Assembly (NCBI GenBank): GCA_964558645.1
Contig: CAZLEV010000005.1
Span: 160,001 to 224,000, forward strand
Length of the DNA: 64,000 nt
Origin: an uncultured archaeon
GTDB taxonomy: Archaea; Asgardarchaeota; Thorarchaeia; Thorarchaeales; Thorarchaeaceae
Direction of reading: 5' to 3'
The translations under genes were made by a program, and so were the position numbers. The notes under the pieces are model-generated. The model was not told the DNA's origin, made no database searches, and saw only the letters and a program-made list of their open reading frames with translations. Shown one piece after another: positions 9,224 through 19,281 of this stretch. Position 1 is the first letter of the stretch, and each line of letters starts with the position of its first letter.

Positions 9224-9769
9224 GGTTCGTGGCGTCCCTCTTCATCTGATACATCATCGTGGGAATGGCTCGGGTCAGCTGTTATGTACCTAGCCACGTC
9301 ATCAGGGACGTTCCCCCGTTGACATCCGCGATACGCCTAGTGGCAGTGTATAAGCGTCGTGGTATGACCCATAGTGTTATCGCGATGCTGTGTCTTGATA
9401 AACATACACACAAGGAGTGGTATGAAGCCCGCATGTCATAGAACGGGGAGTGAGAGGGGCGATTCATGCGACCTGTCAATGCCAGTGGGAAAAGAACTCA
9501 CCTTGATAGAATATGAAACGATAAGGCGTGGGAATAGACCGAATCAGTTGTTAGAACCATTCCGGAGTGGTACGTAAACAACCATCGTTCCACCTCTTTC
9601 TATCCTTCCTTTAGTTTTTCCACTCTTCACTCAATATCATCTGGGGAATGACTCTTTTGTCTATAGGTTAAATGAAAGAGAATGCATAGCAAAGAAAGAC
9701 GTTAGGTATCTGGAATGAAGGCCAAATGGTTATAAGCTCAAAAGAGATTTAGCTTGGGAGCTGATTCGC

Positions 9770-12700
9770 GTGAGAATGAGGAGATATCAGATCCTAGCCG
9801 CCATTTTGATTGTTTCATTTGTCGTGAATCCGATAGTAGCGATATCTAACTCAGGTCAAATCACTGATGTTAAGATGTTCTCGACAAACATGGAATCAAA
9901 ATCGCGAAATAATGAATACAGAGTGAATATTCTCTTTGATGCGAGTGATATTACCTGTGTTCGAGCAGCACGAGAACTTGAGACAAAGTTACAGAGTACT
10001 GAGCTGATACTCAGGATGATAGCAGTAGACTCTGAGGAGACCCTGTTCATATACACGAAGAACTCGGAGATGAATGTCTATATCTTTCATGGGACACAAC
10101 GGGGGATGTTGCTAGCATCAGAACTCATTCACTGGCAAACAATTGACCGTCTGGTGAGAGATTCAAGAACAGAACATCATATCTTCCAAGTGTGCCATTC
10201 AAACATACTAGAGATGATTCTGCCAGGCTTTGGTGTCCATGGTCTTCAAGGGACAATCGATCGAGAGATTGCTCTCTTTGGTGCCCTGAGTACTATATAT
10301 GAGATTCTGGATGGTTCTCCACTCTATGCAGAACTTGCTGACTCTGTCTTTGAAATCACAACTTCCTATCTCTTGGAGAACTTGTACGATATCCTCCAAC
10401 GGGGTCTTGAACCTAGAGAAACTCTCGATGGGTTCTATATTGACTATGGGCAGACTAAAACAGACTCCAGAGGACCTTGGGGGTGGATTATTGATGTCAT
10501 CCAAGGACTTCTTCTAATTGCTGGATTCGACACAAACTCTTGGTTCACGAACACGAATTCCACCCATATTGAGTTCGATAGAAGTGCGATAAAGGGAGGG
10601 GCAAGTGACAGCGGGTCCCTTGAGATGGAAGATATGGGTAAGGGCGATTCTGAAACTGGAGAGTTCCCCTTCGATATTCCACTAGACTTTCAGGTTACTC
10701 CCAGAATCGGTACAGGTCCTTGGTATATGCCCGAATACGTAGACCTCGTCTTCACAGTCCAAGCTGAGGGTGGAGCACTAGATCTCGGAGAGGTCATTGG
10801 ACTCAAGCAGGTAATGCAGGCTGCAGGATATGATGTCAAATTAGAACTCACACCAAAACTGCAGGCAACTCTAAGAATTGGCAACTTCATAGACCAAATA
10901 GGGAATGCAAATCCCTCAATTGATGAGAGTCCCTTCAAGTTCATGGGAGGATCCCTATCCATTGAACTCGGTTTTGAACTTGGGATTCCCTTGGCAACCT
11001 TTCTCGACTATCTGATTCCCGGGACAGGAAAGACTGTCAAGACCATTATGGACGTTCTGAACATGAAGGTCAATCTGGTCAACTATCTTGCACTCGCACT
11101 GGGAATGAGTTACAACACCACTACTGAGGCCTCTACACAGGATGTCACTCTAAAGGTTGGCTTTGGCTTGGATATATCACTGAAACTTCCTTCTCCAGCG
11201 AGTTACATCAAGAAAGCAATCGGAGTCAGTCTCCCTCTAGATTTCATTAAACTCGGTATGGAGCTGAGGGCAAAGACTGGCATCATCGCTAAGGCCACTT
11301 TCGGTCATAAGGGAGACTCTTTCAAAGTGGGCCTATTTTACAATCTGTTCTTCAAGTTCTATGCCGCCATCTTTTGGATATTCAAGTTTGATGTGACCAA
11401 GGAATGGAAGGACACCATCTGGTTCATAGAGGTTCAGGGTTCGAGCTCCGGTCCTCCACCCACCAACGATCATGCTAATCTGGACCTTGACGGTGACGGA
11501 CTGTGGGATGATCTGGAGATAAGTATGGGCTTGGATCCTACAAATGCAGATACGGACGGAGATACACTCTCTGACGGAAATGAATTGCTTTTCTATTTCA
11601 CCAGTCCCTTCCTTCAAGACAGTGATTCGGATGGGCTTCGGGATGATGTTGAGATTGCTGCGTTCTATGCAGTGAATCTTGATCCCTTTGCAGATTATGA
11701 TAATGACGGATTACCCTGTATCATTGACTATGATTCCGATAACGATGGTCTCAATGATAAGGATGAACTAGTTGGAAGGAATAGTGCTTACTGGATGGAA
11801 ACCAATCTTAAGACAGATCCTTCTCTTCCCGATACCGACTTTGATGGGTTCACAGATTCAGAGGAATGGGCCTTTGCCGGACCCGCACTTGAATTGCCTC
11901 ATCCAGACCCTCGAAAGAGGGATTCTGACTCGGATGAGTTGTGGGACTTTTTCGAATACAATTGGTACGAGAGTGAATACGGGGTCTCCGACCCATCAAC
12001 CCGAGTGAACTATATTCTCAATCCTGATGTCGATGGTGAGGGTCTCAATGATGGTCTGGAATATACCTATCGCACATCACCTCTCGACATTGACACAGAC
12101 GGTGACTACGACCTAAACGACGACAACATCATCGACACGGCTGAACGGAACAACGCTATCAATAATGGGTACTATGGTGATTTCACAGATTATGGAGAGG
12201 TCATGGGAAATGTCTGGTCGGCTCATCCCTTCGGCTTGGATGACTGTGTCCCACCTAATCCTACCGTGACAAATCCATTGCGAGCTGACTCGGATAACGA
12301 TGGAATCTCAGATGTAGATGAGTATACAGCTGATACTCTCCCTGTTGGATATGACCATGATGGTGATGGTATTGAAGATGTTGCAGACAAGTATTTCTTC
12401 CATGCAAACTGCACGAAGCAAGATACGGACAATGATGGTATTCCGGATGGAATTGAGGTCAACTACTTCAATCTGACACGAGGTATCTCAAATACCACCA
12501 TCGCCAACCTGCAGTATCTCAACGACCCAGATGTTGATGACGATGGTGTTCCCGATGGACTTGAGCTGAGGATTGGTACTGATCCATTGAACAATGATAC
12601 TGATGATGATGGACTCTTGGATGGAGAAGAACTTGAAATTGGTTCTGATCCACTAATTCCAGATACTGATGGAGATGGCCTCCTAGACGGTGAAGAAGTA

Positions 12701-14500
12701 CATATCTATGGTTGTAGCCCCTTGCGGATAGATACTGATAATGATGGATTACCAGATTCCATGGAAGTTCAGGAGACCACTATCTGGATTCTCTATCACG
12801 GGAACTTCACTTATGTCACAGATCCAAATGACCCAGATACAGACGGTGACCAAATCTGTGATGGTGAGGAATACTATGGGTGGAACTGGGCTCTTAATAG
12901 AAGTGTGCTTCCAGGAGCCCATGTGATTACCGAACCCCTGCAAGAAGAGGATGATGAGTACATTCTCGTGCAATACTACGGTGCACCTGACCCATATCGT
13001 GCTCGCTTCCAGACACATCCAAACAATCCTGATACCGATTTCGATGGAATCCCAGATGGTGTTGAAAAGAACATCGTCCTCTCTCCTGTGACCAACGACA
13101 CCGACGCAGATGGATGGCTCGACCTCGATGAGATTGGAGCGATGGAGGCAAGATTTGGTGTGCCATGGAACCAAGTCCCAGCAGATATCTGGCATTATTT
13201 CGACTATGATCAGGACGGTCTAAGTGACTTTGCTGAAGTGCACTATGGGACAGACATGCTCAATCCTGATACAGATATGGATGGGCTTGATGACTGGACC
13301 GAGCTTTTTGTTGCTGCATCTGTTGCCACTTATGACTACGAGTTCTTTGATCCAGTGGTAGGAATCACGATGACCACCAACACATCACTATCTGATAATA
13401 AGAGATACACAAGTCCCACTTTGCCGGATACTGACCTTGATGGTATCAGTGATTACTGGGAAATCCAGTACGGAACTGATCCTACTCATCCAGACACTGA
13501 TGAGGATGGTCTCTCAGATTATGATGAGCTTGTGACCTATCATACCTTCGAGGGACTAAACAGAGTGTCTTTAGATCCCTTAAGCAACGATACAGATGCG
13601 GACGGTATTTCGGATCTTGACGAGGTGAATATCTGCATTGCAAGATACAACGTAAGTGGTAACCCATTGCATCTCCCCTTGGGTGACTATGATGGAGATG
13701 GAATCGTCAATATTCTAGACTATGACTCAGATGGTGATGGGATCTACGACTCCTTTGAGTTCTACGAGTATGATGATCCGTCATGGAGTTGGTATCCATT
13801 AGGTACGGACATGTTCGATGCAGACCAGAACGCAGATATGTGGGTGGATGGAATGGACACGGATTTTGACCACGATGGATTATCAGACTATCATGAGTTG
13901 ACAATGATTATCCCGGGTTACACCTACACGGGACTTGGTGATGAGAACACCACTGCTCGGCACTATTCACATCTACTGAATCATACAATCTGCACGCTAT
14001 ATGATACAGATGGAGATGGGTATTCTGATGGGTATGAAATCGATTTCGGATCGGACCCCCTCAACAAGTACAGCTTACCGAACACCTTTCTATGGACATT
14101 ACCAGACCTTGGGTATCGGGTTGGCTTCTGGTCCTCATCAAACATAGAGAACCTGCAATTCAACGTTGAGCTTGGGTCGATAGAATTTGATGTGAGCGGG
14201 CCTGATCACACATACGGGTTCTGCAATGTCAGTGTACCAATGGACCTACTCTTCTCTCCAGTAAATGAGTGGGAGGTCTTGTTGGATGGTGAACCCATCG
14301 AGTATGTAGCAACAATGAATGCGACTGCGACCTTGCTTCACTTCGAGTACTTCCACAGCACCCATCATATCACCATTCGAGGTGCTCAAGTCCTAGATCC
14401 ACCTGGTGGTTTTGATCCGCTATTACTGATTGTGATTGGCTCACTAGCAGGAGTTGTCGTAGTAATAATCCTCGTGTACCTATTAAAGAAAAGAACCTAG
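9770..14500 (+). CDS. Large (1576 aa) surface protein with many Ca-binding thrombospondin type-3-like (DxDxDG) repeats
   Basis: Signal peptide; dozens of P...D[TS]DxDG[LI]xDxxE units; C-terminal TM + KKRT. Confidence 0.88.
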   Translation: MRMRRYQILAAILIVSFVVNPIVAISNSGQITDVKMFSTNMESKSRNNEYRVNILFDASDITCVRAARELETKLQSTELILRMIAVDSEETLFIYTKNSEMNVYIFHGTQRGMLLASELIHWQTIDRLVRDSRTEHHIFQVCHSNILEMILPGFGVHGLQGTIDREIALFGALSTIYEILDGSPLYAELADSVFEITTSYLLENLYDILQRGLEPRETLDGFYIDYGQTKTDSRGPWGWIIDVIQGLLLIAGFDTNSWFTNTNSTHIEFDRSAIKGGASDSGSLEMEDMGKGDSETGEFPFDIPLDFQVTPRIGTGPWYMPEYVDLVFTVQAEGGALDLGEVIGLKQVMQAAGYDVKLELTPKLQATLRIGNFIDQIGNANPSIDESPFKFMGGSLSIELGFELGIPLATFLDYLIPGTGKTVKTIMDVLNMKVNLVNYLALALGMSYNTTTEASTQDVTLKVGFGLDISLKLPSPASYIKKAIGVSLPLDFIKLGMELRAKTGIIAKATFGHKGDSFKVGLFYNLFFKFYAAIFWIFKFDVTKEWKDTIWFIEVQGSSSGPPPTNDHANLDLDGDGLWDDLEISMGLDPTNADTDGDTLSDGNELLFYFTSPFLQDSDSDGLRDDVEIAAFYAVNLDPFADYDNDGLPCIIDYDSDNDGLNDKDELVGRNSAYWMETNLKTDPSLPDTDFDGFTDSEEWAFAGPALELPHPDPRKRDSDSDELWDFFEYNWYESEYGVSDPSTRVNYILNPDVDGEGLNDGLEYTYRTSPLDIDTDGDYDLNDDNIIDTAERNNAINNGYYGDFTDYGEVMGNVWSAHPFGLDDCVPPNPTVTNPLRADSDNDGISDVDEYTADTLPVGYDHDGDGIEDVADKYFFHANCTKQDTDNDGIPDGIEVNYFNLTRGISNTTIANLQYLNDPDVDDDGVPDGLELRIGTDPLNNDTDDDGLLDGEELEIGSDPLIPDTDGDGLLDGEEVHIYGCSPLRIDTDNDGLPDSMEVQETTIWILYHGNFTYVTDPNDPDTDGDQICDGEEYYGWNWALNRSVLPGAHVITEPLQEEDDEYILVQYYGAPDPYRARFQTHPNNPDTDFDGIPDGVEKNIVLSPVTNDTDADGWLDLDEIGAMEARFGVPWNQVPADIWHYFDYDQDGLSDFAEVHYGTDMLNPDTDMDGLDDWTELFVAASVATYDYEFFDPVVGITMTTNTSLSDNKRYTSPTLPDTDLDGISDYWEIQYGTDPTHPDTDEDGLSDYDELVTYHTFEGLNRVSLDPLSNDTDADGISDLDEVNICIARYNVSGNPLHLPLGDYDGDGIVNILDYDSDGDGIYDSFEFYEYDDPSWSWYPLGTDMFDADQNADMWVDGMDTDFDHDGLSDYHELTMIIPGYTYTGLGDENTTARHYSHLLNHTICTLYDTDGDGYSDGYEIDFGSDPLNKYSLPNTFLWTLPDLGYRVGFWSSSNIENLQFNVELGSIEFDVSGPDHTYGFCNVSVPMDLLFSPVNEWEVLLDGEPIEYVATMNATATLLHFEYFHSTHHITIRGAQVLDPPGGFDPLLLIVIGSLAGVVVVIILVYLLKKRT

Positions 14501-14518
14501 GATAAACGAGGAGTTGGA

Positions 14519-14556
14519 ACGGGAGGGTTGCTCTTCCCTCTCGTTTACTCATTTTT
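14519..14556 (+). terminator. Hairpin + T-tract downstream of the TSP3-repeat gene
   Basis: acgggaggg-loop-ccctctcgt followed by ttactcattttt. Confidence 0.45.
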
Positions 14557-14742
14557 GGTGCTTTGTCTCTTAGGGCACCTAGGTCTTTTCGGAGCCTCTC
14601 AGCATCTTCTGGACCTTCTAGCGATATGACTCTGTAGCCCATGCTCTTCAGCCGTTCTCTCCTCCTCATCTGCCTCGACATCGCAAGCCCCACTCCGTTC
14701 GCTCTTAGACGCCTATCGATGGCCGCGGAAAGAGGGCGCGTC

Positions 14743-14893
14743 TGGAAAGGCTTAACGATGGTCGATATTGGGATGACTCGATAGAAGATACGCTACGAGA
14801 GCAGCAAAAAGAGAGGAAGGAGGGTCGTGACAGCGCTGCGGCCGACGACCGACACTACCCAGTCAGGCTATATCTGTGCCTGTCCAAGAACTC
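14743..14893. repeat. True nrdD 3' end and flank, homologous to 4386-4536 (tail also at 174 and 8912)
   Basis: Direct alignment; the plus strand carries a convergent ORF remnant LERLNDGRYWDDSIEDTLREQQKERKEGRDSAAADD. Confidence 0.9.
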
Positions 14894-17800
14894 TTGGCGC
14901 TTAGATTGATTCCACGTTGAGAGACTCTGGACGTACCCGGTAATTCTCGAGAAAATATCGCACCCAATGTGTCCACAGCGCGGGCAGGGGATGTTTTCCA
15001 GCTCCTCGATTGAACTGAACTTCGTCGAGCGCCAGTCGATACTGCTCTGATAGGCGCATTCCGGGCATAGAATTACATCTTTAGTAAAAGCAAAATATGA
15101 ATTAAGTGTTGTTTCAGCAATCTTCCTCGTCAGCGCCCACAGTGCGTTAGGGTCAGGGTTGGCCTCACCTAGGTACACATGCGTCAACGCGCCACCGTCG
15201 AGGAACGGATGGAACATACCCTCCTTCTTGATTCGCTGGCTCAGCGGCAGGTCGGCTGCCACATCGAGGGTCGTGCTGTTCGTGTAGTAGACATTGGGCG
15301 CATCGCCCTTCAGATACTTGCGGATGCCTGGATATGAGCGATAGTCCTTAGCAGCCAACCGACCGGCAGCGCTCTCTGCGGGAGTACGCGTCACACCAAA
15401 GTGCAGCCCGGTCTCCTCTCGATACTCATCAGCCCGCTTCTTGAGATGCTTGAGCACCTTGATGCCGAAGCGTGTGCCGTCTCGCTCGTGGAGATGCTGA
15501 CCGGTCTGAATCAGAGCCATCTCTTCAAAGCCCACTGTTCCCAGCAGGAATTCTCTGGTGGACATGTTAATCAAGGGGTCACCGTTGGGCTTTGGTTGCG
15601 TGTAGAACGGAACGCTGCCGCTTGCGATGAGCTTGTCCATGAGGCGTTTCTTCTCCAGAATGACCTCCTTTGACAGTTCGAGGTACTCATCGACCTTCTC
15701 AAAGAAGCGGTCCTCGTCGGAGCGACCGATATAGGCGGCCCTCCCGAAGTTGGGAGTGACCATCTGCGAAGCACCGAAGACCATGTTGCCTGAGAGGAAC
15801 TCCTCCATCTCCTCGTCGGTGCTAGCGGTCCAGAGGTGAGAGCAACAGCTGCTGCAGCCTGCCTCTATCTTAGAGCGCCAGTTCAAGTAGTTCTCGAAAT
15901 AGGGACTACCATGAAGCGCCGTGAGCTCGGCGACCTTTCTCCATGACTCGTCATAATCGTTCTTCATGAACTCTTTTCTGAGCACTATGTTGGGCTTCGG
16001 GAAGCTGAAGGCCTTACCCTTATGGTCACCCTTTATCATGACCTCCATGAAGGCATCAAAGAACTGATTGGCCTCGTCCTCGAAATCACCATAGGTGTCA
16101 CGGCCCGTCTTCCCACCTGGAAGCACTGCCTCCACATCTCGCATGATCTTTGGAATACCGGGTGTCAGGTCCACACTTGAGAAAATGACCTGGCCGCCCC
16201 GGGCGACGTATTGCTGCGTGAGTGTGAATATCAGCTGCTGAGCGGCCTGCTTGATCTCCTTGTACGACTTGCCCGCCATGAAGGGCGCGAGGAATGTGTT
16301 GAAGAAGAAATACCCTTGGCCGCCGGAATTGTGCAGAATTATCCCGCCGTGTCCGCCTATGAAGTTCTCATAATCATCAACGGACAAGTCATAGACTTGA
16401 CCCTCGAAGCTCTCTCGTTCGATGACTTCGACTATGTCAAAAGCCACATCCCCACTAGTAAGATGCCGTAACGACTCAATCTCGTCTGAGTAATCAACGG
16501 CAGTGTCTGAGAATTCGATTAACTGGTCAAGGACAGCACCAAAGAGATGAGGGGCCATATGCTGCTTCTGGAATATTGCATTGATTCTTGGTATTTTGCT
16601 ATGTGTATGTGGCACTCCCATCTTGCTGATGAGTTCTCGCACGTTCGTTTTCTCAATTGGAATCGCATCGGGAAGCGAGGTTGTTGTTAGCTTTCGAGTC
16701 TTGTATTCGAAGTCCTCAGTGGTAATATCGGGAATGTGTGCTGCAAACCGTCGTATGTTCTCCCGGCCATAAATAGAAGTGCGATAACCAACACTCTTCC
16801 GTATCGTACGATTACCGATCTTGTGGCTTGATGATCTATGGGTCCTCTGCCTGGCAATGATACCCAGCTGGAGAAGGAGATAGAGCAAATCGGTGCTTAG
16901 CCCTTCTGTAACTGAAGTGAACTCGATGCTTCTTCTGTGTATATGACCATCGCAGAAGTATCCATTCAAGAACTCCCACTTAATCTCGGCAGAACCGGAT
17001 AGCACTACGGGCGGAATCCTCTTGTCTTTAGCATTCCGACCTGTTCTGAGAATCTCTGTCATGATAAGAGCGACTAATTTGTTGCAGATAACAAGCTGAA
17101 TCTCGGTCTCATGGGGGCGTTGTACATTGATATCAGCACCCCATACACATCGGATGCATTTCTTCGCATCTTCAATTCGGTGTTTCTCATGAACGCCAAA
17201 GCTGAGCACTATTGCATTTGGCTCCTTGTGGCGGTCAAGACCGATATTTCCCTCCGCAGCGAAATATCCTAAGAACCGGGACAATTCACGACTAATGTCA
17301 ATCTCGGCAGGCAATTCGTAAGATGATCGTGATAGACTTAACAGAGAACCTGAGAAGTCAATATCGCGATTGTGATCTCGAACCTTCAATAGTGAAACGC
17401 TGTTGCGTCTTCTTTCCCATTCCTCCAGCTCACTCAACTGATCGGCAATACCCTTGACATACACAGAAGAGATCTTGTCTTCGCCAAGCTCAAGAAGGGC
17501 ATGGGCTATATCAAGAGTATTGGGACCATCGCCATTAGGGAGCACACGGGGTACTGCAATCAAGTCGCCTTCCTTCAAGTTGATCACTGCGATGGGTTTG
17601 ACCTTTCCATTCTCAAGCGTGAATAGACTGTGTGAACCTGTACACCGGATTTCGCGTCCAGTACGAGTACGTATTCTGTATACATCGTCTGATATCGGAT
17701 GACGAATGACCCTGTTGATCTCCTTTCGTTCAATTATCATTGTTTCAGGGTTGAAAGCATAAGTATAGAGACCGTCCCCTGTGATATCAGCAACCTCGCC

Positions 17801-18598
17801 ATTCACCTGCGGAATCCGTTTGCATGGTTTCTGTTCCATTATCCTGTCCACAAGAGGGCCGATGGGGATAAGTCGAGTCCCTTGCTCGTCCGATAATAGG
17901 ACTTCTTGTTCAGGAGTAACTGAGAAAGAGCTCTGTGCTGCTGCAAGCCAGATTGCTGAGTGATTGATGGCCACCGGAAGATGTTGCGCGGGCCCGGCTG
18001 CTGATGAGTGCATCCCACCGAGACCGTCCGGTGCGATGCCTAGCTTGAAGATCTGTCGCAGGTCCCAGGTGGCACAGTAGTCACGGGTCGAGAAGTATTC
18101 GCGGTCCTTGATGTAGATGTCACCGCTCAGGTGGGCATCGGCAAGGTGCGGCGGAATGGTGAGGAAGGTGTGCTGTTCCATGACCTCGTCGTGAACCAGT
18201 TTGGCTATGGTCTCGGGGTTCCGCATGAGGTTAGCGTTCGATGTGTGATGAGCTGGGTTGTTGATCAGCTTATCTAGATCGTACATGGGAACTCCAACGC
18301 GAGTATAAGAGATTCGCTCCCGTTCGAAACCCATCTCCGCAAGAACACTGTTGCACATCTCTCGGATGAGCGGTCCTGACAGAAACTTGATACCTGAGGC
18401 GGCAATCCTGTCCATGACTCTTACTGCAACCAGTTGGGCATCGCCCCGACTAAGACTTGCCTCCTCAATCAGACTATCGATGATACGCTGCGCGTCAAAT
18501 GGTTCCATGGTGCCCTTGGTCGATCGGACCTTGGGCAGCTTCTTCTCGCGCTTTCTCACTTCTTCACTACTCACCAATGAGCTTCTGATATCCGTCAA
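14855..18598 (-). CDS. nrdD: Anaerobic (class III) ribonucleoside-triphosphate reductase with ATP cone, intein-containing
   Basis: N-terminal ATP cone, AHLSGDIYIKD, YC, QSSF|SGGQ, FPKP, SCCS finger loop, TPAES, YYTNS, CPEC/CPRC Zn site, glycyl-radical RITGY. Confidence 0.96.
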   Translation of the reverse strand: MTDIRSSLVSSEEVRKREKKLPKVRSTKGTMEPFDAQRIIDSLIEEASLSRGDAQLVAVRVMDRIAASGIKFLSGPLIREMCNSVLAEMGFERERISYTRVGVPMYDLDKLINNPAHHTSNANLMRNPETIAKLVHDEVMEQHTFLTIPPHLADAHLSGDIYIKDREYFSTRDYCATWDLRQIFKLGIAPDGLGGMHSSAAGPAQHLPVAINHSAIWLAAAQSSFSVTPEQEVLLSDEQGTRLIPIGPLVDRIMEQKPCKRIPQVNGEVADITGDGLYTYAFNPETMIIERKEINRVIRHPISDDVYRIRTRTGREIRCTGSHSLFTLENGKVKPIAVINLKEGDLIAVPRVLPNGDGPNTLDIAHALLELGEDKISSVYVKGIADQLSELEEWERRRNSVSLLKVRDHNRDIDFSGSLLSLSRSSYELPAEIDISRELSRFLGYFAAEGNIGLDRHKEPNAIVLSFGVHEKHRIEDAKKCIRCVWGADINVQRPHETEIQLVICNKLVALIMTEILRTGRNAKDKRIPPVVLSGSAEIKWEFLNGYFCDGHIHRRSIEFTSVTEGLSTDLLYLLLQLGIIARQRTHRSSSHKIGNRTIRKSVGYRTSIYGRENIRRFAAHIPDITTEDFEYKTRKLTTTSLPDAIPIEKTNVRELISKMGVPHTHSKIPRINAIFQKQHMAPHLFGAVLDQLIEFSDTAVDYSDEIESLRHLTSGDVAFDIVEVIERESFEGQVYDLSVDDYENFIGGHGGIILHNSGGQGYFFFNTFLAPFMAGKSYKEIKQAAQQLIFTLTQQYVARGGQVIFSSVDLTPGIPKIMRDVEAVLPGGKTGRDTYGDFEDEANQFFDAFMEVMIKGDHKGKAFSFPKPNIVLRKEFMKNDYDESWRKVAELTALHGSPYFENYLNWRSKIEAGCSSCCSHLWTASTDEEMEEFLSGNMVFGASQMVTPNFGRAAYIGRSDEDRFFEKVDEYLELSKEVILEKKRLMDKLIASGSVPFYTQPKPNGDPLINMSTREFLLGTVGFEEMALIQTGQHLHERDGTRFGIKVLKHLKKRADEYREETGLHFGVTRTPAESAAGRLAAKDYRSYPGIRKYLKGDAPNVYYTNSTTLDVAADLPLSQRIKKEGMFHPFLDGGALTHVYLGEANPDPNALWALTRKIAETTLNSYFAFTKDVILCPECAYQSSIDWRSTKFSSIEELENIPCPRCGHIGCDIFSRITGYVQSLSTWNQSKRQEFLDRHRYSLTG
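16328..17923 (-). mobile_element. Intein (532 aa) with LAGLIDADG homing endonuclease in NrdD
   Basis: Begins S-VTPEQEVLL; block B TGSH; endonuclease motifs FLGYFAAEG and FLNGYFCDG; block F VYDLSV; ends ILHN followed by Ser+1; splicing restores QSSF-SGGQG. Confidence 0.93.
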
Positions 18599-18601
18599 TC
18601 T

Positions 18602-18880
18602 TCACTGCACCTCTAGTGCGTCCCGGATTCCGTCGAGAGTTGGTATCTCTCCGCTGTAGAGCATCTGGAGGGATCCGTTGTTCTCAACTATTATACTGGG
18701 GGTTGAAGCAATGAAGACCTGTTCCTCGAGCAGTCTGAACTCGAAGTCAGAATCCATCTCTGCGAGGTCAATCTCCGTTATCTGCACACCGGTTCCATCC
18801 AAGGCCTCATACACAACCTGTTTTGCGGCGGGGCAATTCACACAGTTCTGTTGTGTGACAAGGTATAGAGTCGGTGGCAT
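18602..18880 (-). CDS. nrdH: Thioredoxin/glutaredoxin-like redoxin (NrdH-like) directly upstream of nrdD
   Basis: CVNC motif, cis-Pro STP; ATG 18880 with gggagg RBS; 3 bp from the nrdD start. Confidence 0.75.
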   Translation of the reverse strand: MPPTLYLVTQQNCVNCPAAKQVVYEALDGTGVQITEIDLAEMDSDFEFRLLEEQVFIASTPSIIVENNGSLQMLYSGEIPTLDGIRDALEVQ

Positions 18881-19281
18881 GTTTTTCCTCCCGGCGACTG
18901 TCTCAGCACCCTCTCCCAGTTGAGGGGACATTGAGGCCTTTGCCGCCAGTGGCATAAAAGGATTTACCTCCACTGAGAGATTCTCTGGATGGGACAGACG
19001 GCCTCGAGAGCGGGATTCATTCGGGGGGCGCTTGGACACACCCCTATTTCCTTTGACCGACTATTAAGGTCGTACATATTGTCAACTTGACCTTGAATAG
19101 AGGGCTCACAGACTGCACCTCCGAGCATCCCATCGGACCGAAGTTGAACGAGCAGGTCATGATTCTCCAACTCGGAACCGCGCCAAAGAGTGAACCATAG
19201 TTAAACGAGGGAAGAGTGATAAGACGATATTCTCGTTCAATGGTCCAAGAAACCTCAACGCATTGACAGGGAGCAGAAGCA

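Noticed and set aside
11480-14070. DxDxDG repeats as a DNA tandem repeat or diversity-generating element
   Set aside because: The repeats are at protein level with diverged codons; no reverse transcriptase or template/variable repeat pair
14370-14693. 107-aa minus-strand ORF (MGLAMSRQMRRRERLKSMGYRV...)
   Set aside because: Overlaps the 3' end and terminator of the TSP3 gene; may be a gene fragment but no family is recognisable
174-14884. nrdD-tail repeats as a CRISPR array or classical attC integron
   Set aside because: Spacing is 4-6 kb, the repeats are protein-coding and non-palindromic, and no cas or intI gene is present
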